This document shows positions 42,738 through 56,295 of a DNA stretch of 64,000 nt, one piece after another. The notes under the pieces were generated by a model. The model made no database searches and had not been told where the DNA came from. It saw only the letters and a program-made list of their open reading frames with translations. The stretch's first letter is position 1, and each line of letters starts with the position of its first letter. A program made the position numbers and the translations under genes. Origin of the DNA: Octopus vulgaris (lineage: Eukaryota); contig OX597821.1 of the NCBI GenBank assembly GCA_951406725.2, forward strand, positions 55,304,001 through 55,368,000, given 5' to 3'.

Positions 42738-42825
42738 TTCATTCTACACGTGTTTCGAAAGGCACAATTTACCAAAATCCGATTGAATAATGAGACCATA
42801 TTGTGTCTTTCTCTTCAGGAAGAAA
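42738..42825 (-). ncRNA. Type-I hammerhead ribozyme motif (canonical core, solo copy)
   Basis: Minus tttcttc-CTGAAGA-gaaagacacaat...attgtgcctttc-GAAA-cacgtg-TA-gaatgaa: 12-bp stem II with one mismatch, palindromic stem III, GUA site. Confidence 0.75.
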
Positions 42826-42886
42826 TAGGAAATCCGTTGGAAAAACGGATTAATCTGCTACAAGATTATTCATCTTTCTATTTCAC

Positions 42887-42953
<67 letters not shown>

Positions 42954-43364
42954 GTAGAATAATGAGTCGAGGCATACATAAAGGCTATAAATTGGTATAG
43001 AAAATCGGCGGTTCTGCAAGAAATCTCTGGAATTAATGTTGGACAATTGTCATGCAAATGTTCAGTACTGAGCCAGAAACACAACTGTCCACAACTGTCC
43101 TCTTATCGTCAACCCTTTTCCTTGATGGGGATCAAATTTGGAGAAATCTTCATACTTGAGATTATCTCCACTACGCCTATAGAGATGTTGCTTCGCCTAT
43201 GGAGCCTATGTTGCTTTTCAGTAAGTGTAAAATATTTTCCAGATGCGGAGATAATTTTCATAAATCATGTATTTATGTTGCATGGTATTTACTATACCTG
43301 TATTTATTAATGTATGTGTGTGAATTCATGCGAGTGAGAATTTGCGCATGTATATATATATATT

Positions 43365-43965
43365 ACGGCCACACTTCGAATACTGCTGTGGTCTCCCCAT
43401 GGAAAATAAAATATCTCGAAAATCAAATCACCACAGAGATCATTCGCTAAAAGAATTAAGGACATGGCTGATCTCGATTATTGAGACCGCCTTAAAGCAT
43501 TGAAACTCTCTTCTTTCCACCAGCGCCATGAGTGATACATCATTTGCACGATGTAGAGAATACACCACCAGCATTGCCTAAACGATCCCAACATTAGCTT
43601 CAAAATTCATCCGAAGCTAGGACCACGAGCCCAACGTCCCCAATCCAATTCATGATCACAAAATATAAACACACTGCAACATAATTTATTTTCCTCAAAA
43701 GGTCCTGCCCTATGTAGCATCGTCCCGAAACAGATCAAACAGGAAAAGCATCCCATTACCTTTAAACGTAATCTGGACAAATTTCTTCAAGAAATACCGG
43801 ATGAGCCACCTATACCTGGATACAACTCACTCAACAAGAACTTCCTACTCGAATGGACTATGATACCACAAAACTTAACTTAAAATGATTTAGCTAATCC
43901 TATCAGGTGGTGCTATTAAGTTAGACATGGCCTGGACCAGTCTGTGGTCGAAACATATCTAAGTT
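43365..43965 (+). mobile_element. 3' fragment of CR1/L2-type LINE
   Basis: Decayed RT C-terminus (..VVSPWK..; DLDY*DRLKALKLSSFHQRHE*YII..; FKRNLDKFLQEIPDEPPIPGY) followed by 3' UTR. Confidence 0.7.
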
Positions 43966-44039
43966 ATGTATGTATATATATATATATATATATATACATT
44001 CGTACATACATATACATATATATATATATATATTATTCC

Positions 44040-44410
44040 TTTATTTTTTCACGCTTCAATCATTTTGACTGTGGCCATGTTGGAGCACCGCCTTTTAGTT
44101 GAGCAAATCGACCCCAGAACTTATAACTTTTAAGCCTAGTACTTATTTTATCGGTCACGCTTGTCGAACCGCTAAGTTACGGGAACGTAAACACACTAAC
44201 ATCGGTTGTCAAGCAATGATGGGAGACAAACACAGACACACAAATACACACACACACACATATATAGCACGACGGGTTTCTTTCCATTTCCGTCTACCAA
44301 ATCCAGTCACAAGGCTTTGGTCGGCCAGAAGCTATAATAGAAGATACTTGCTCAAGTTGCCACGCAGTAGGGCTGAACCCAGAACCATGTAGTTGGGGAG
44401 CAAACTTCTT
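44040..44410 (-). mobile_element. SINE family B
   Basis: Reverse complement of family B head and body. Confidence 0.8.
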
Positions 44411-44944
44411 TTGTCACCAAATAACTATAATCGTCACTAAATGTGACTATGATGTTATATACACCTACATTGCTAGAAATAAGAGCTAAAATGCTCTAAT
44501 TCATCTATACTGACAGGAACTGTAATCGTTTGAAAACCCTTTCGAGAATTCCTTATACTGACAATCAATTTCGGCAATTTCCGTTGTATCATCAGTAATG
44601 GATGCCGCGACTTCCGCAGATTCCGGGCTTATTCTTCTATCAGTATATATGTTTTCATCATAGAAATTTATGGATGATTTAGCGAATCGCCAATGTGTAT
44701 ACAGAAATTTAATGTAGACAGCAATTTGCAATGTCTCACCAAAAAGGTAAGCTATAATCGTCACTAAATGTGACAAGGGTGTTAGAAATCCCTACATTGC
44801 TAGAAATAAGAGCTAAAATGCATCACTTCATCTCACGTTACTTTGCGATCACGTCGACACCTGACGCGTGGTATGCTGTACACCTGTTCAGGAAACGTCG
44901 ACTAGCTGGAGGGGATGAGCTAATTTACGGCGCGAACATTTCAC

Positions 44945-45885
44945 CATAAACAAATCATTTGTATACCACTCGCTATTTGTGTTTCCTTCGAGATGGAACT
45001 ATGGTCCACCACTGCTTGACTTCTAACTTTTAAAATGTTTTTTAACCAGTCTCTACGTTTTCCAACTACGTCGAAGTTACGCAGCTTGCGACATATCATT
45101 CCATGATCGAATTTATAGAAGGCCTTCGCAAAATGGGGATATATCAAATCGACATTTGAACGGTTAAGCAACTGTTTCAGCACCCAGTCATAGTGTTGTA
45201 AGAGCTGTGTCAGATCGCTTCTTTCTGGTCAGAAACCATACTGGATGTCAATCAGCAAGTCTTTTTCTTCAAGGAACGTGACTACCTTCCTACGGACCAT
45301 CTGTCTCATAACAACTGATATGTGAGGTCAGAGAGATAGGTCTATAGTGTTTAGTATCTGCTCTGTTACCCACTTCATGAACAATGCACATTATTTCTTC
45401 CTTCAACTAGCCTAAAAGTCTAGCCTAGAAGCTTGCTATTCGCAAAGGAACTCTGGAAAAAAAGACTGCTGTGGTTTTCATAGGGCTCGTTTATACGATA
45501 TTAGAAGGAATGTTAGAAGCCAGTAGTTGAGTTCAGGTTTCTCTCGTCTATAGCAAGTATTACATCTTTTTTATCGATATAATCAATTGTTGCTGCCTCT
45601 CTTTTTATACCTGTAGTGGTAATGAACTCGTCAGGTTTGCAAACTTGAATGTACCGTAAGGGTTAGGTAAAAACAGATTTGAATTTTTTAAATGTTTCCT
45701 TCAGTATTTCGCTGATCCTCACTGGGTTTTCGATAAGGGAGTCATCTTTTTGGAGGAGTGGACCTTCCCTGCAATGCACTGGGGTAGTTTCTTTGGCAAA
45801 CTTAAAGAAGGCTTTAGGGTTGGATTTTTTTTATTTTCTATATTTTCTGCTCTCTTTTCCATGGGAGCGTTTTAGATTTTCCTAA
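44945..45885 (-). mobile_element. CR1/L2-type LINE reverse-transcriptase fragment (decayed)
   Basis: SNVDLIYPHFAKAFYKFDHGMICRKL..DWLKNILKVRSQAVV..IASGI corresponds to VIYLDFxKAFDKVxH..W..FL..RxQxV..SGVPQG. Confidence 0.8.
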
Positions 45886-45909
45886 ATACATTCACACACA
45901 CACACACAG

Positions 45910-45946
<37 letters not shown>

Positions 45947-47874
45947 CCTTCATGCAAGTAAATGTATATACCCACTACTATCTGAAGCGCATAACATTCT
46001 GTCGCATAAGATAAAATACGGTTTTAATTTTAATAAAAAGAATATTTTACTCCTGAGATTTTTATTAAATACTATTGATATTTTGACCCCCTGTAGTTTG
46101 TGTAATGGGGCTACTACATATCCTCCAATTATTACTTCATACTCTTAAATATAGAGAAAGCATTCCACAGGGAAGACACTGATATATAAGAAGATAAGAT
46201 GATCAACGGCTGGAAAACCTTTGACCATTCGTCTGCTCTATCAGGACTGACCTGGGATCAATCACAGTCCATAGCAACCTCACTATACAATAGCAATATT
46301 TATCAATTAGATTATTTTGTATCTGACAATGATGAGAAAATTCGTAGGAAATGTAGAAATGTATGTAGCCAGAAAATCACCGATTGGATAAAATTCAACA
46401 CAGACTGGTGGCAGAAGAAATCGAGCAATTCCCTGAAAAAATGATGGCATGTGTAGATTGACAAATAGCGGATCAAAGTCAGATATGAATTTGGAAAGAG
46501 AGCAAGAAAATATTAACAATGACATGCTATGGATTTCATTCAGGTGTGGATTAATAATGCTTCACAGTAATAACAATCATTAGTTTTACAATATTACGGT
46601 ATTGGAATTAAGAAGTTATTGTCTTCTTGGTTTTCATTATAACATCAATCATGTAATTGTATCGGAATGTCATTAGACGTGGATCGTCATCAGCAGTGGA
46701 TCCCAGAGCACCTGATACCTACAACTTGTATTATAATGCCCTTTTCATTTCAGATCAGCTACAACATAAAGTCGTAAGAACACTAGAAGTGTCTTGAAAT
46801 GTTTTTCAGTTCATAGCCACTCGTTAAGTGACTGGATGCAAGTTAGTTCTAACAGGGAGCTGAAGCCGTGTCAAATGTTCAAATAATCTTTCTTTGATTC
46901 GTTTATTATTGTTTATACGCATGGAAGAGAGACAGAGAGAGAGAGGGGAGGAGAGAGAAGAGAAAAGAAAGAGAGAGAGGGGGAAGAGAGAGAGAGAGTG
47001 ACAACAGCAAAGGAAAACAAAATGGTGACATGATTTTTAATAGTTGCAGTCAGTTAATTGCAGCCATGCTGCACCACCACCACCAATGCATTTACATCCT
47101 TGATTTCTGCGCTTAGTACTTAGAGAACGGCAGAATTTGGGGTTGCTACCATTATATGGTACTTTATGCAGTGATAGTGTAGAATATTGAATTATTCTCT
47201 TTGAAATTAGTTTGGCGTCTACTCCATCCAAATTCCTTATGAGCATGAATTAATATAAAACATTAACAGAATCTGAAGCAAAACTAAAATGAGACCCAGT
47301 TTCTTTCTTCGGTAGTCATTTATCAATTGAAATGCATGCTTAAATATCTTAGAAGCATACATTGCATGTATATATTATGCATTATATACGTTATCTACAT
47401 TATATACATATATAAGACGATGCCGAGAACAAGATGGCAGTAAAGAAACAGAAGCGGAAGTGTGCGGTAAAAACTCTAAAATAACTTTCAGCATTTATCT
47501 TTAAAATCTATTGGCGTAGGTTTCTTCTTTTTCCCTGTGTTCAGAACATTCGTAACCACATATTTTCTTGGTATGACAGCATTAGGTTATACAAATTTCT
47601 TTTTATCCTGACTGAGTTCCTCGATTATTTGAAACCATTTTTCTGAATACAAAATGCAGCAAACCACAAGCATTACAACGTGGCAGCGAAAGAGCTTCTA
47701 TGTGAATAGTAGGTCTGCGAGATACAAACAGTCAAATTTCCCCTAAAACCACACGTTATCGACTTTCAAAACGACTAAGCCGTACGACAACAAATTAAAC
47801 GACAGCAGCATCTACTACACTTAGAGTTTTAGCTAAGACGTTATAAAACATCTGAGAAACAATAAAGACGTCTT

Positions 47875-48009
47875 GTTACGGCTGCTGCTGCTGCTACTAC
47901 TACTACCACTACCACTACCACTACTACTACCACTACTACTACTACGATTACTACTACTACCATTACTACTACCACTTCTGCTACTACCACAACTACCACT
48001 ACTACTACC

Positions 48010-48041
<32 letters not shown>

Positions 48042-48063
48042 CACCACCACCACCACTACTACC

Positions 48064-48095
<32 letters not shown>

Positions 48096-48105
48096 CACCA
48101 CCACC

Positions 48106-48161
<56 letters not shown>

Positions 48162-48172
48162 CATCACCACCT

Positions 48173-48208
<36 letters not shown>

Positions 48209-48215
48209 TTACTAC

Positions 48216-48256
<41 letters not shown>

Positions 48257-48350
48257 CTGCTGCTGCCGCTGCTGCTGCTGCCGCCGCTGCTGTCGCGACC
48301 GTCGCTCCAGCCGCCGCCGTCGCCTTTACTACTCCCGCTATTGCTGCAGG
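47875..48350. repeat. Compound trinucleotide repeat (CTA/CCA/CTG/CCG)
   Basis: About 470 bp of switching triplet units. Confidence 0.9.
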
Positions 48351-48436
48351 CTGGAACAATTTTTATAACTAAGTCCCAAACCAAGTTCAATAAAACTAGG
48401 AGCAGTTTTAAAAAATATCAAACATTTATAACATGT

Positions 48437-48725
48437 AACGGTGCGTGGCCTAGTGGTTAGAGCTTTTGCAATCACAAGATCGTGATTTCGATTCCCAAAC
48501 TGGAGGTGCGTTGTGTTTTATTTCACATTGCTCCTGTCCACACGGCATTAAATGGGTATTTCCTGCGACGGAAGGACCATTCCGTTCAAAGTAATTGTTG
48601 GGGCCTGCCCACGTAACCAGCTGGGTGGCATCATTCGAAAGCCGCGACAATGTGTGGAGGCGCATTGTGACTAGCGGCAGTGCTACTGCATCCGATAGTC
48701 TGAACATATTGAGCTGTATGAAAAA
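48437..48725 (+). mobile_element. tRNA-derived SINE (family C)
   Basis: gtggcctagtggttagagc (A box-like) and gatttcgattccc (B box-like) followed by a non-tRNA body. Confidence 0.65.
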
Positions 48726-48950
48726 TTGTAACAATAGTACTTTGACCAACTCCCACGACTAACATCAAAGTTGTCTTTTATATGAACTCTACTCACAAAC
48801 TAGAAATAAGAACCAAATTTACATAGAATCATGCCGCGAAATAGCTTAAGCATGAATGGTCAAGTTGCGTTAAGGGGTAGTACTCCTATAATGAAAACGG
48901 GATGGTCATGAGTGAAATTTCTTTCATTATAACTTGGCACACACGCACAC

Positions 48951-48982
<32 letters not shown>

Positions 48983-49099
48983 GTAGATAGATATACATGT
49001 TTGTATATGTATACATGTATAAATATGTGTGTATGTGTGTGTGTATTTATGTACCATGTCCTCGCGTTGTATTTTCTTGTCGTTATTCTCCGGTTTTTA

Positions 49100-49686
<587 letters not shown>

Positions 49687-49692
49687 ATTATA

Positions 49693-49725
<33 letters not shown>

Positions 49726-49866
49726 TTATATATATATATACATACATATACATATATATATATATACATATATATATACATACATGTATATATATATATA
49801 TATAGATAGATATATATATATATGTACATATATATATATGTACATATATATATATATATATGTATA

Positions 49867-49912
<46 letters not shown>

Positions 49913-49915
49913 AAC

Positions 49916-49982
<67 letters not shown>

Positions 49983-50002
49983 TACATACATACATACATA
50001 CA

Positions 50003-50033
<31 letters not shown>

Positions 50034-50404
50034 TATGTGTCTATATGTGAGTATATGTGTGTATATGTGTGTTTGCTTTTATGTTACGTTCTTATAAAAA
50101 CAATATGACATTAAACTGCAGAACTAATACTTTCATGCTAGAGTACATGTTTATTGAACTCTTACGAGTGGATGGGTGACAATAACTTCAAATTTTCGGC
50201 TTGCAATACCTCACTAAACTGGAATTCTTAGAAATGGCGTGTTACCGAAATATTGTAATAAATAAAAAAAATATGATAACATCATTCCAGGTCTTCTTTT
50301 TTGTATTATGATGTACACACACGCATACATATGTATATATGTGTGTGCATATATTTGCGTGCGTGTGCGCCTGTATGTGTATTTTTATATGTATGTATAT
50401 GTAT

Positions 50405-50482
<78 letters not shown>

Positions 50483-50628
50483 GGAGAGAGAGAGAGAGAC
50501 AGATAGATAGATAGATATATACAGATATTCACTCGTGGATGCATATACATTTAGTTACATGCACACAGATATACATGGAAATACAAGCATGCAGTTATCT
50601 TCGTATCCAAATATATACATAAATAGAT

Positions 50629-50712
<84 letters not shown>

Positions 50713-50914
50713 ATATGTGTATATATATATATAATCATATATATAATCATAAATATATATATATATATTCATATATATAATCATATATATATATTCATAT
50801 ATATAATCATATAATATATATATATATATATAATCATATATATATATATAATCATATATATAATCATAAATATATATATATATATATTCATATATATATC
50901 ATATATATATTGTA

Positions 50915-50952
<38 letters not shown>

Positions 50953-52013
50953 TGTGTGTGTGCGCGCGTGCGTGAGTATGTGCGTGGGTGCCTCTGTGTG
51001 TGTACGAGCGTGTGTGTGTGTTCAAAACAACATTTATGTTAACTATTTGGCTCTGCAAGTATGAAAATTGAAACCCCAAGTCCTGCATAAGTTGGTCAGA
51101 GATTGCAGAAGGACTCTAATTACATGGAGGGCGTAGATCCAGAGTAATGCTTCATTTCTTTCTATCACTAAAGTTGGACGATAAGAATATCCAATTGCCG
51201 ATTCAACCAACCGCCATCAGCTATATCAGTAACAACAGGAATATCAACAACAACAGCTGTTTTCGACACCAATCTCGTCTGCGCTGTGAGGAAGATTTAT
51301 TTCGCAACTATAAGGCGTTAGTTTCGATCTTACTTCAACACACGTTGGGAAAGCATTTTCTATGATACCTAGATACTTCCATGTCTTGTTAGTAAGTCTT
51401 AGTTGGCAAAACCTAAATGGAAGCCTGTGGAGGGCACTGGTTCTACACCTCAATGGTTGCTTTATTCAGTAACCCTCCTTAACACCAACAATTGGTAGCT
51501 CCAGCGTTAGCTGGTATGAACCAGAGCTGTGATCTGGAAATAATTTTCTCCTTTCCTCTACGCACCAGACCCATTCCTCTACTCACCAGGCTCTTTAAAG
51601 AATCAGGATCACAGCCCTTATTCCTCTAATATATTACAACTGGAAAAAAAAAAGAATAATTTTATAACCATAAAATGAACTGTATAATTATTATCAATAG
51701 ATCCACCTAGATCCGTAACTTGAATCCAAACTTCATCAATATCAACAAAAAACAGCAAAAATAACGACAACCTCAACATCAGCCCGCCTTCTCCAACTAC
51801 ACCTTGTTATGTCCGCTGGAAACTTTTGAATACTGACACAAATAGTAGACATCAGCGTCGCGACAGAATGTAGGGCGTCATACCTTTTCCTCGCAGTGAA
51901 TATAACTGCATATAACTCACATAAGCTAACAAAGTTGCAAACTAGTCTTAACAATTTGAAAATATTTAAAATAGAAAACTTGAAAGAATTTCCACCAGAC
52001 TGGATAGCAGGAA

Positions 52014-52106
<93 letters not shown>

Positions 52107-52371
52107 TGTATGTATGTATGTATGTATGTATGTATGCATGTATGTATGTATGTACATATATTTATTTATTAAATGCCTATCTTAAATGTGCGCGCTAAGA
52201 GGGACTCTTAAAGTCAAAACTACCGTCCCTCCTAGCATGAGGCATTTATGTATAGTAATGCCCTTAATATAAATAAATATATTTAAAGGAATAGTTAAAT
52301 AATTTTTCCCTTATGAGGTTTTTCACGCTAAGTACTTATAATTTCTTATAAAGATTTTATCCTATTTTAAA

Positions 52372-52418
<47 letters not shown>

Positions 52419-52439
52419 GTATGTATGTATGTATGTATG

Positions 52440-52507
<68 letters not shown>

Positions 52508-53094
52508 ACTCTCTGTCTGTGTGTCTGTCTGTCTGTCTCTCTCTTTCTGTGTATATATATATATATATATATATACATCGATTAGGCAAAGAAAGAAGGA
52601 CTTTAAAAAATTTACGTTTTCTTTTCTTTTTCCAGCTCCTGAGCAACACACATGATGTAACTGAGTTGGAAGTAAGAACGAAACTGTCCAAGTTCAGGTT
52701 TGTGAAAACTGAAGTTTAATTCATGTGTGTTCATCACAAGTTAGTTCGATATAATGACAGAATAACAAACGTAGCAATTGACTAATAACAACGGAGAGAT
52801 AGCCTGAGGGACATGTGACTGACTGAGACATTTGGTGAAAGACGGATAGTTATTGTGAGAGGGATGTAGCTCACTTATTAACTGACTATGACGTGAGAGA
52901 AATTGTGATAGTCCTGCTGTGACATAAATGTTAGAGGAAAAAAACTTTGTTAGGCCGACTTGCAAACTACGGATAGAGTGACACATTTAAATGGACGTCA
53001 GTGTCAGAAGACAAAGTAGTTGACCGACTGTAACTTGTAGTTTAGAATGTTGCTGACCAGCGATCTGACTCTGTGAAGTCAAACAGAGAAGAAA

Positions 53095-53238
53095 GTGAAA
53101 GAAAGAAAGAGAGAAAGAAAGAAAGAAAGAAAGAAAGAGCGAACGAATAAACGGCAGAAGGATGGCAAGCTAGAAAGAAAAAGAAATACTGAGAGAAGAG
53201 GAATTACGAAAGAAAGAAAGAAAGAAAGAAGGAAAGAC

Positions 53239-53277
<39 letters not shown>

Positions 53278-53460
53278 AGGAAAGAAAGGAAGAAAGAAAG
53301 AAAGAAAGAGCAAACGAATGAACGGCGGAAGGATGGCAAGCTAGAAAGAAAAAGAAGAACTGAGAGAAGAGGAATTACGAAAGAAAGAAAGAAAGAAAGA
53401 AAGAAAGACAGAAGGAAAGAAAGAAAGAAAGAAAGAAGGAAAGAAAGAAAGAAAAAAGAG
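53095..53460 (+). repeat. (GAAA)n array with a duplicated unique spacer
   Basis: gaacgaat.aacggc.gaaggatggcaagctagaaagaaaaagaa.actgagagaagaggaattacg at about 53141 and 53312. Confidence 0.85.
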
Positions 53461-53565
53461 GAGAAAATAGAAAATTTGTTTTGAGAATATAGTATGCTAT
53501 ATTAAGGCAATGAGATGAGACGAATGAAAAGTGTTGCATGCAACAAAGAGAAAAAAAATACTTAC

Positions 53566-53781
53566 ATGTAAATCGTAATTATCCGATAAGAGTTCAAGTG
53601 TTTTGATAGTCTTGACAGCGATTGATAAGCCCGGTTTCACCCTATCAATAGAAAAGGGATACGCATTGTCGTCCGGCAAAATCACGGCGATGTTCAAAAT
53701 TTTTCTTGATTCAACAGATGTTATGGTATTTGCAATTAAAACAAATAACCACATGGCCAGGTAGTTCCTTATAACGACCAT
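53566..53781 (-). CDS. First coding exon of a natriuretic peptide receptor / receptor guanylyl cyclase-like protein (signal peptide + start of ANF-receptor-type extracellular domain)
   Basis: 72 codons MVVIRNYLAMWLFVLIANTITSVESRKILNIAVILPDDNAYPFSIDRVKPGLSIAVKTIKTLELLSDNYDLH. Hydrophobic signal peptide followed by 'IAVILP..D..YPFS...VKP.L.IA', typical of NPR/rGC N-termini. Ends at a consensus phase-0 donor (CAT|GTAAGT; + strand acttac at 53560-53565). No downstream exon recognised in the window. Confidence 0.85.
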
Positions 53782-54852
53782 TTTTTATTTATTTTATTTA
53801 CTTCGTTACTTTTTTCTTTCTGTTCGATACTCAGATTAAGCGGTATTTAAATAATCTGAATAATAACTAATTAATAATATAAACATGCACATTAAATGCA
53901 CACGCCTTCTCTCCTTTCTTACTCCTTCTCTTATTCCTTCTTCCGAAAACCGTATTTTCCTTTTGTAAATGCAAACTTTTCTCGTGTATGATTCCTTTAT
54001 ACGCCACTATTATTTATTAATCAATTATATTTTTCAGCAAAAGCCATTCATTTCACTGAAATCTTTTACTTTCATTCAATTTTCTTATAAATTTCTCGTT
54101 TATAATTACTTTATTTTTGTCTTCAATCATATATTTATAATCCTTCGACCAATATTGATCTCCCACCTTTTCCCCACCGTTTCACTTAATCTCTCTGTAT
54201 CACTCCCTGTCGTCTGCACCTAACAAATTCATATCGTCCGCTATGGAGATCACAATAAACAGTGCCAGTTAACAGTCACCAACTCCGTAAACTACTCTCT
54301 TTCTTTCACTCAGGCACTCAATCTCTATTTTATGATGTTACTCTCTCTCTCTCTCCCTCGCGCATTCTTCTATCTATACTTTTCCCTTCTTACTTCTCTC
54401 TCTCTCTTTCTTTCTCTTTCTTCTTTCTTTCTCGCAATAATTTTTCCAGCATCAAAACCTAATTTTACTTTTATTTTTTCTTCGAGTCACTTTAAAATCA
54501 TTTTTTTTTTCCTAAATGTAAACACGTCCGAGTCCTTTATTATTCTTTTTTTATCTTTCTCTTCCGTCAGCTGGGAATGATAAATATGTATATATTTTTA
54601 CATAGACACGCGTACTCTCCCTCTCTCTGTCTCGTTTTCTCTCTTTCTCTCACTCTCTTTCACTCCTTTCTTTCTCTCTCGTACTCTCTCTCTCCTTCTC
54701 TCTCTCTCTTTCTCTTTCTCGACACTCACGTACACTCTTTAAAAATCTAAACGGTTTATTTTACAGCTAATTACAATTCATATATCTGTGGTACGTGTAT
54801 GAATCTGTAGTGTATGACGTGCGTACGTGTGCGTACGCTAAGGTTTGTATAC

Positions 54853-54914
<62 letters not shown>

Positions 54915-55039
54915 TTGTATGTATAACAACATACACACACACACGCACACGCATACACATATAGAGAAAGAGACGAAGAGAGATAAGCAGACAGACAGAC
55001 AGACAGACAGATAGGCAAACAGGCTAACTTACTGATAGG

Positions 55040-55113
<74 letters not shown>

Positions 55114-55131
55114 TAGATAGATAGATGGATG

Positions 55132-55214
<83 letters not shown>

Positions 55215-55219
55215 GGATG

Positions 55220-55273
<54 letters not shown>

Positions 55274-55866
55274 CAGATAGACAGGTAGATAGATAGATAA
55301 ATAGATAGATAGATAGATAGACAGGTAAATTGACAGGTAAATATGGTACGTATGACATGATATATGCATGATCAATTCAGTTTATTCCTGCATTTCTCAC
55401 CTTCTCATTGTTTCACCTTCTTGTCACTCTTTATTCTCCTTCCTCTCTGTCAGTTCTCTATCTTTCTTTCTATGTATCTTCCTCACTCGGTATCTCATAC
55501 ACAACAGTACTGTGTATGATATACACGCATTCCATATCTCATTATTTAATGCATGCTGCCAATCTCTCTTTTCTCACATACAACACACACATACAAACAC
55601 AAGCACAAACACACAGAGATAAATTTAAGCAATTTAAATACATCGACTAAAAGTGACTGAATAAAAGGTTTTAGTAAATGTGCAGATTGTGGTATTTATT
55701 ATAATTGCATTGAACGTGACTTCCAAGTTTCTCCGGTGATGACTTATACAAACTGAATAAATCTCTCTCTCTCTCCCATTCTATCAATCTATCTCTCTAT
55801 CAATCTATATATGTATCGCCCTCTCTGTTCCTCTCTCTCTGTGTTAAATACGCACATATGCATAAA

Positions 55867-55954
<88 letters not shown>

Positions 55955-56058
55955 CATACAAACATATACATATATATGTATATGTATATATGTATATATA
56001 TATATACGTATATGTGTGTTAATTACGCGCATATGCCTGTAAATTATATATATATATG

Positions 56059-56114
<56 letters not shown>

Positions 56115-56166
56115 ATATATAAACATATATACATGCATGTCTGTATATAGATAATGATAGATAGAT

Positions 56167-56210
<44 letters not shown>

Positions 56211-56244
56211 GTATCTATTTATATATATGTCGATATACATACAT

Positions 56245-56295
<51 letters not shown>

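Noticed and set aside
46660-46705. CTGATGA on the minus strand as a hammerhead
   Set aside because: No stem II or correctly placed GAAA.
47833-48460. Long Ser/Gly, Val or Leu/Pro-rich ORFs
   Set aside because: Compound triplet repeat open in several frames; no splice or domain support.
48437-48510. tRNA gene
   Set aside because: A/B boxes are present but there is no complete cloverleaf and it runs into a repeat body; it is a SINE head.
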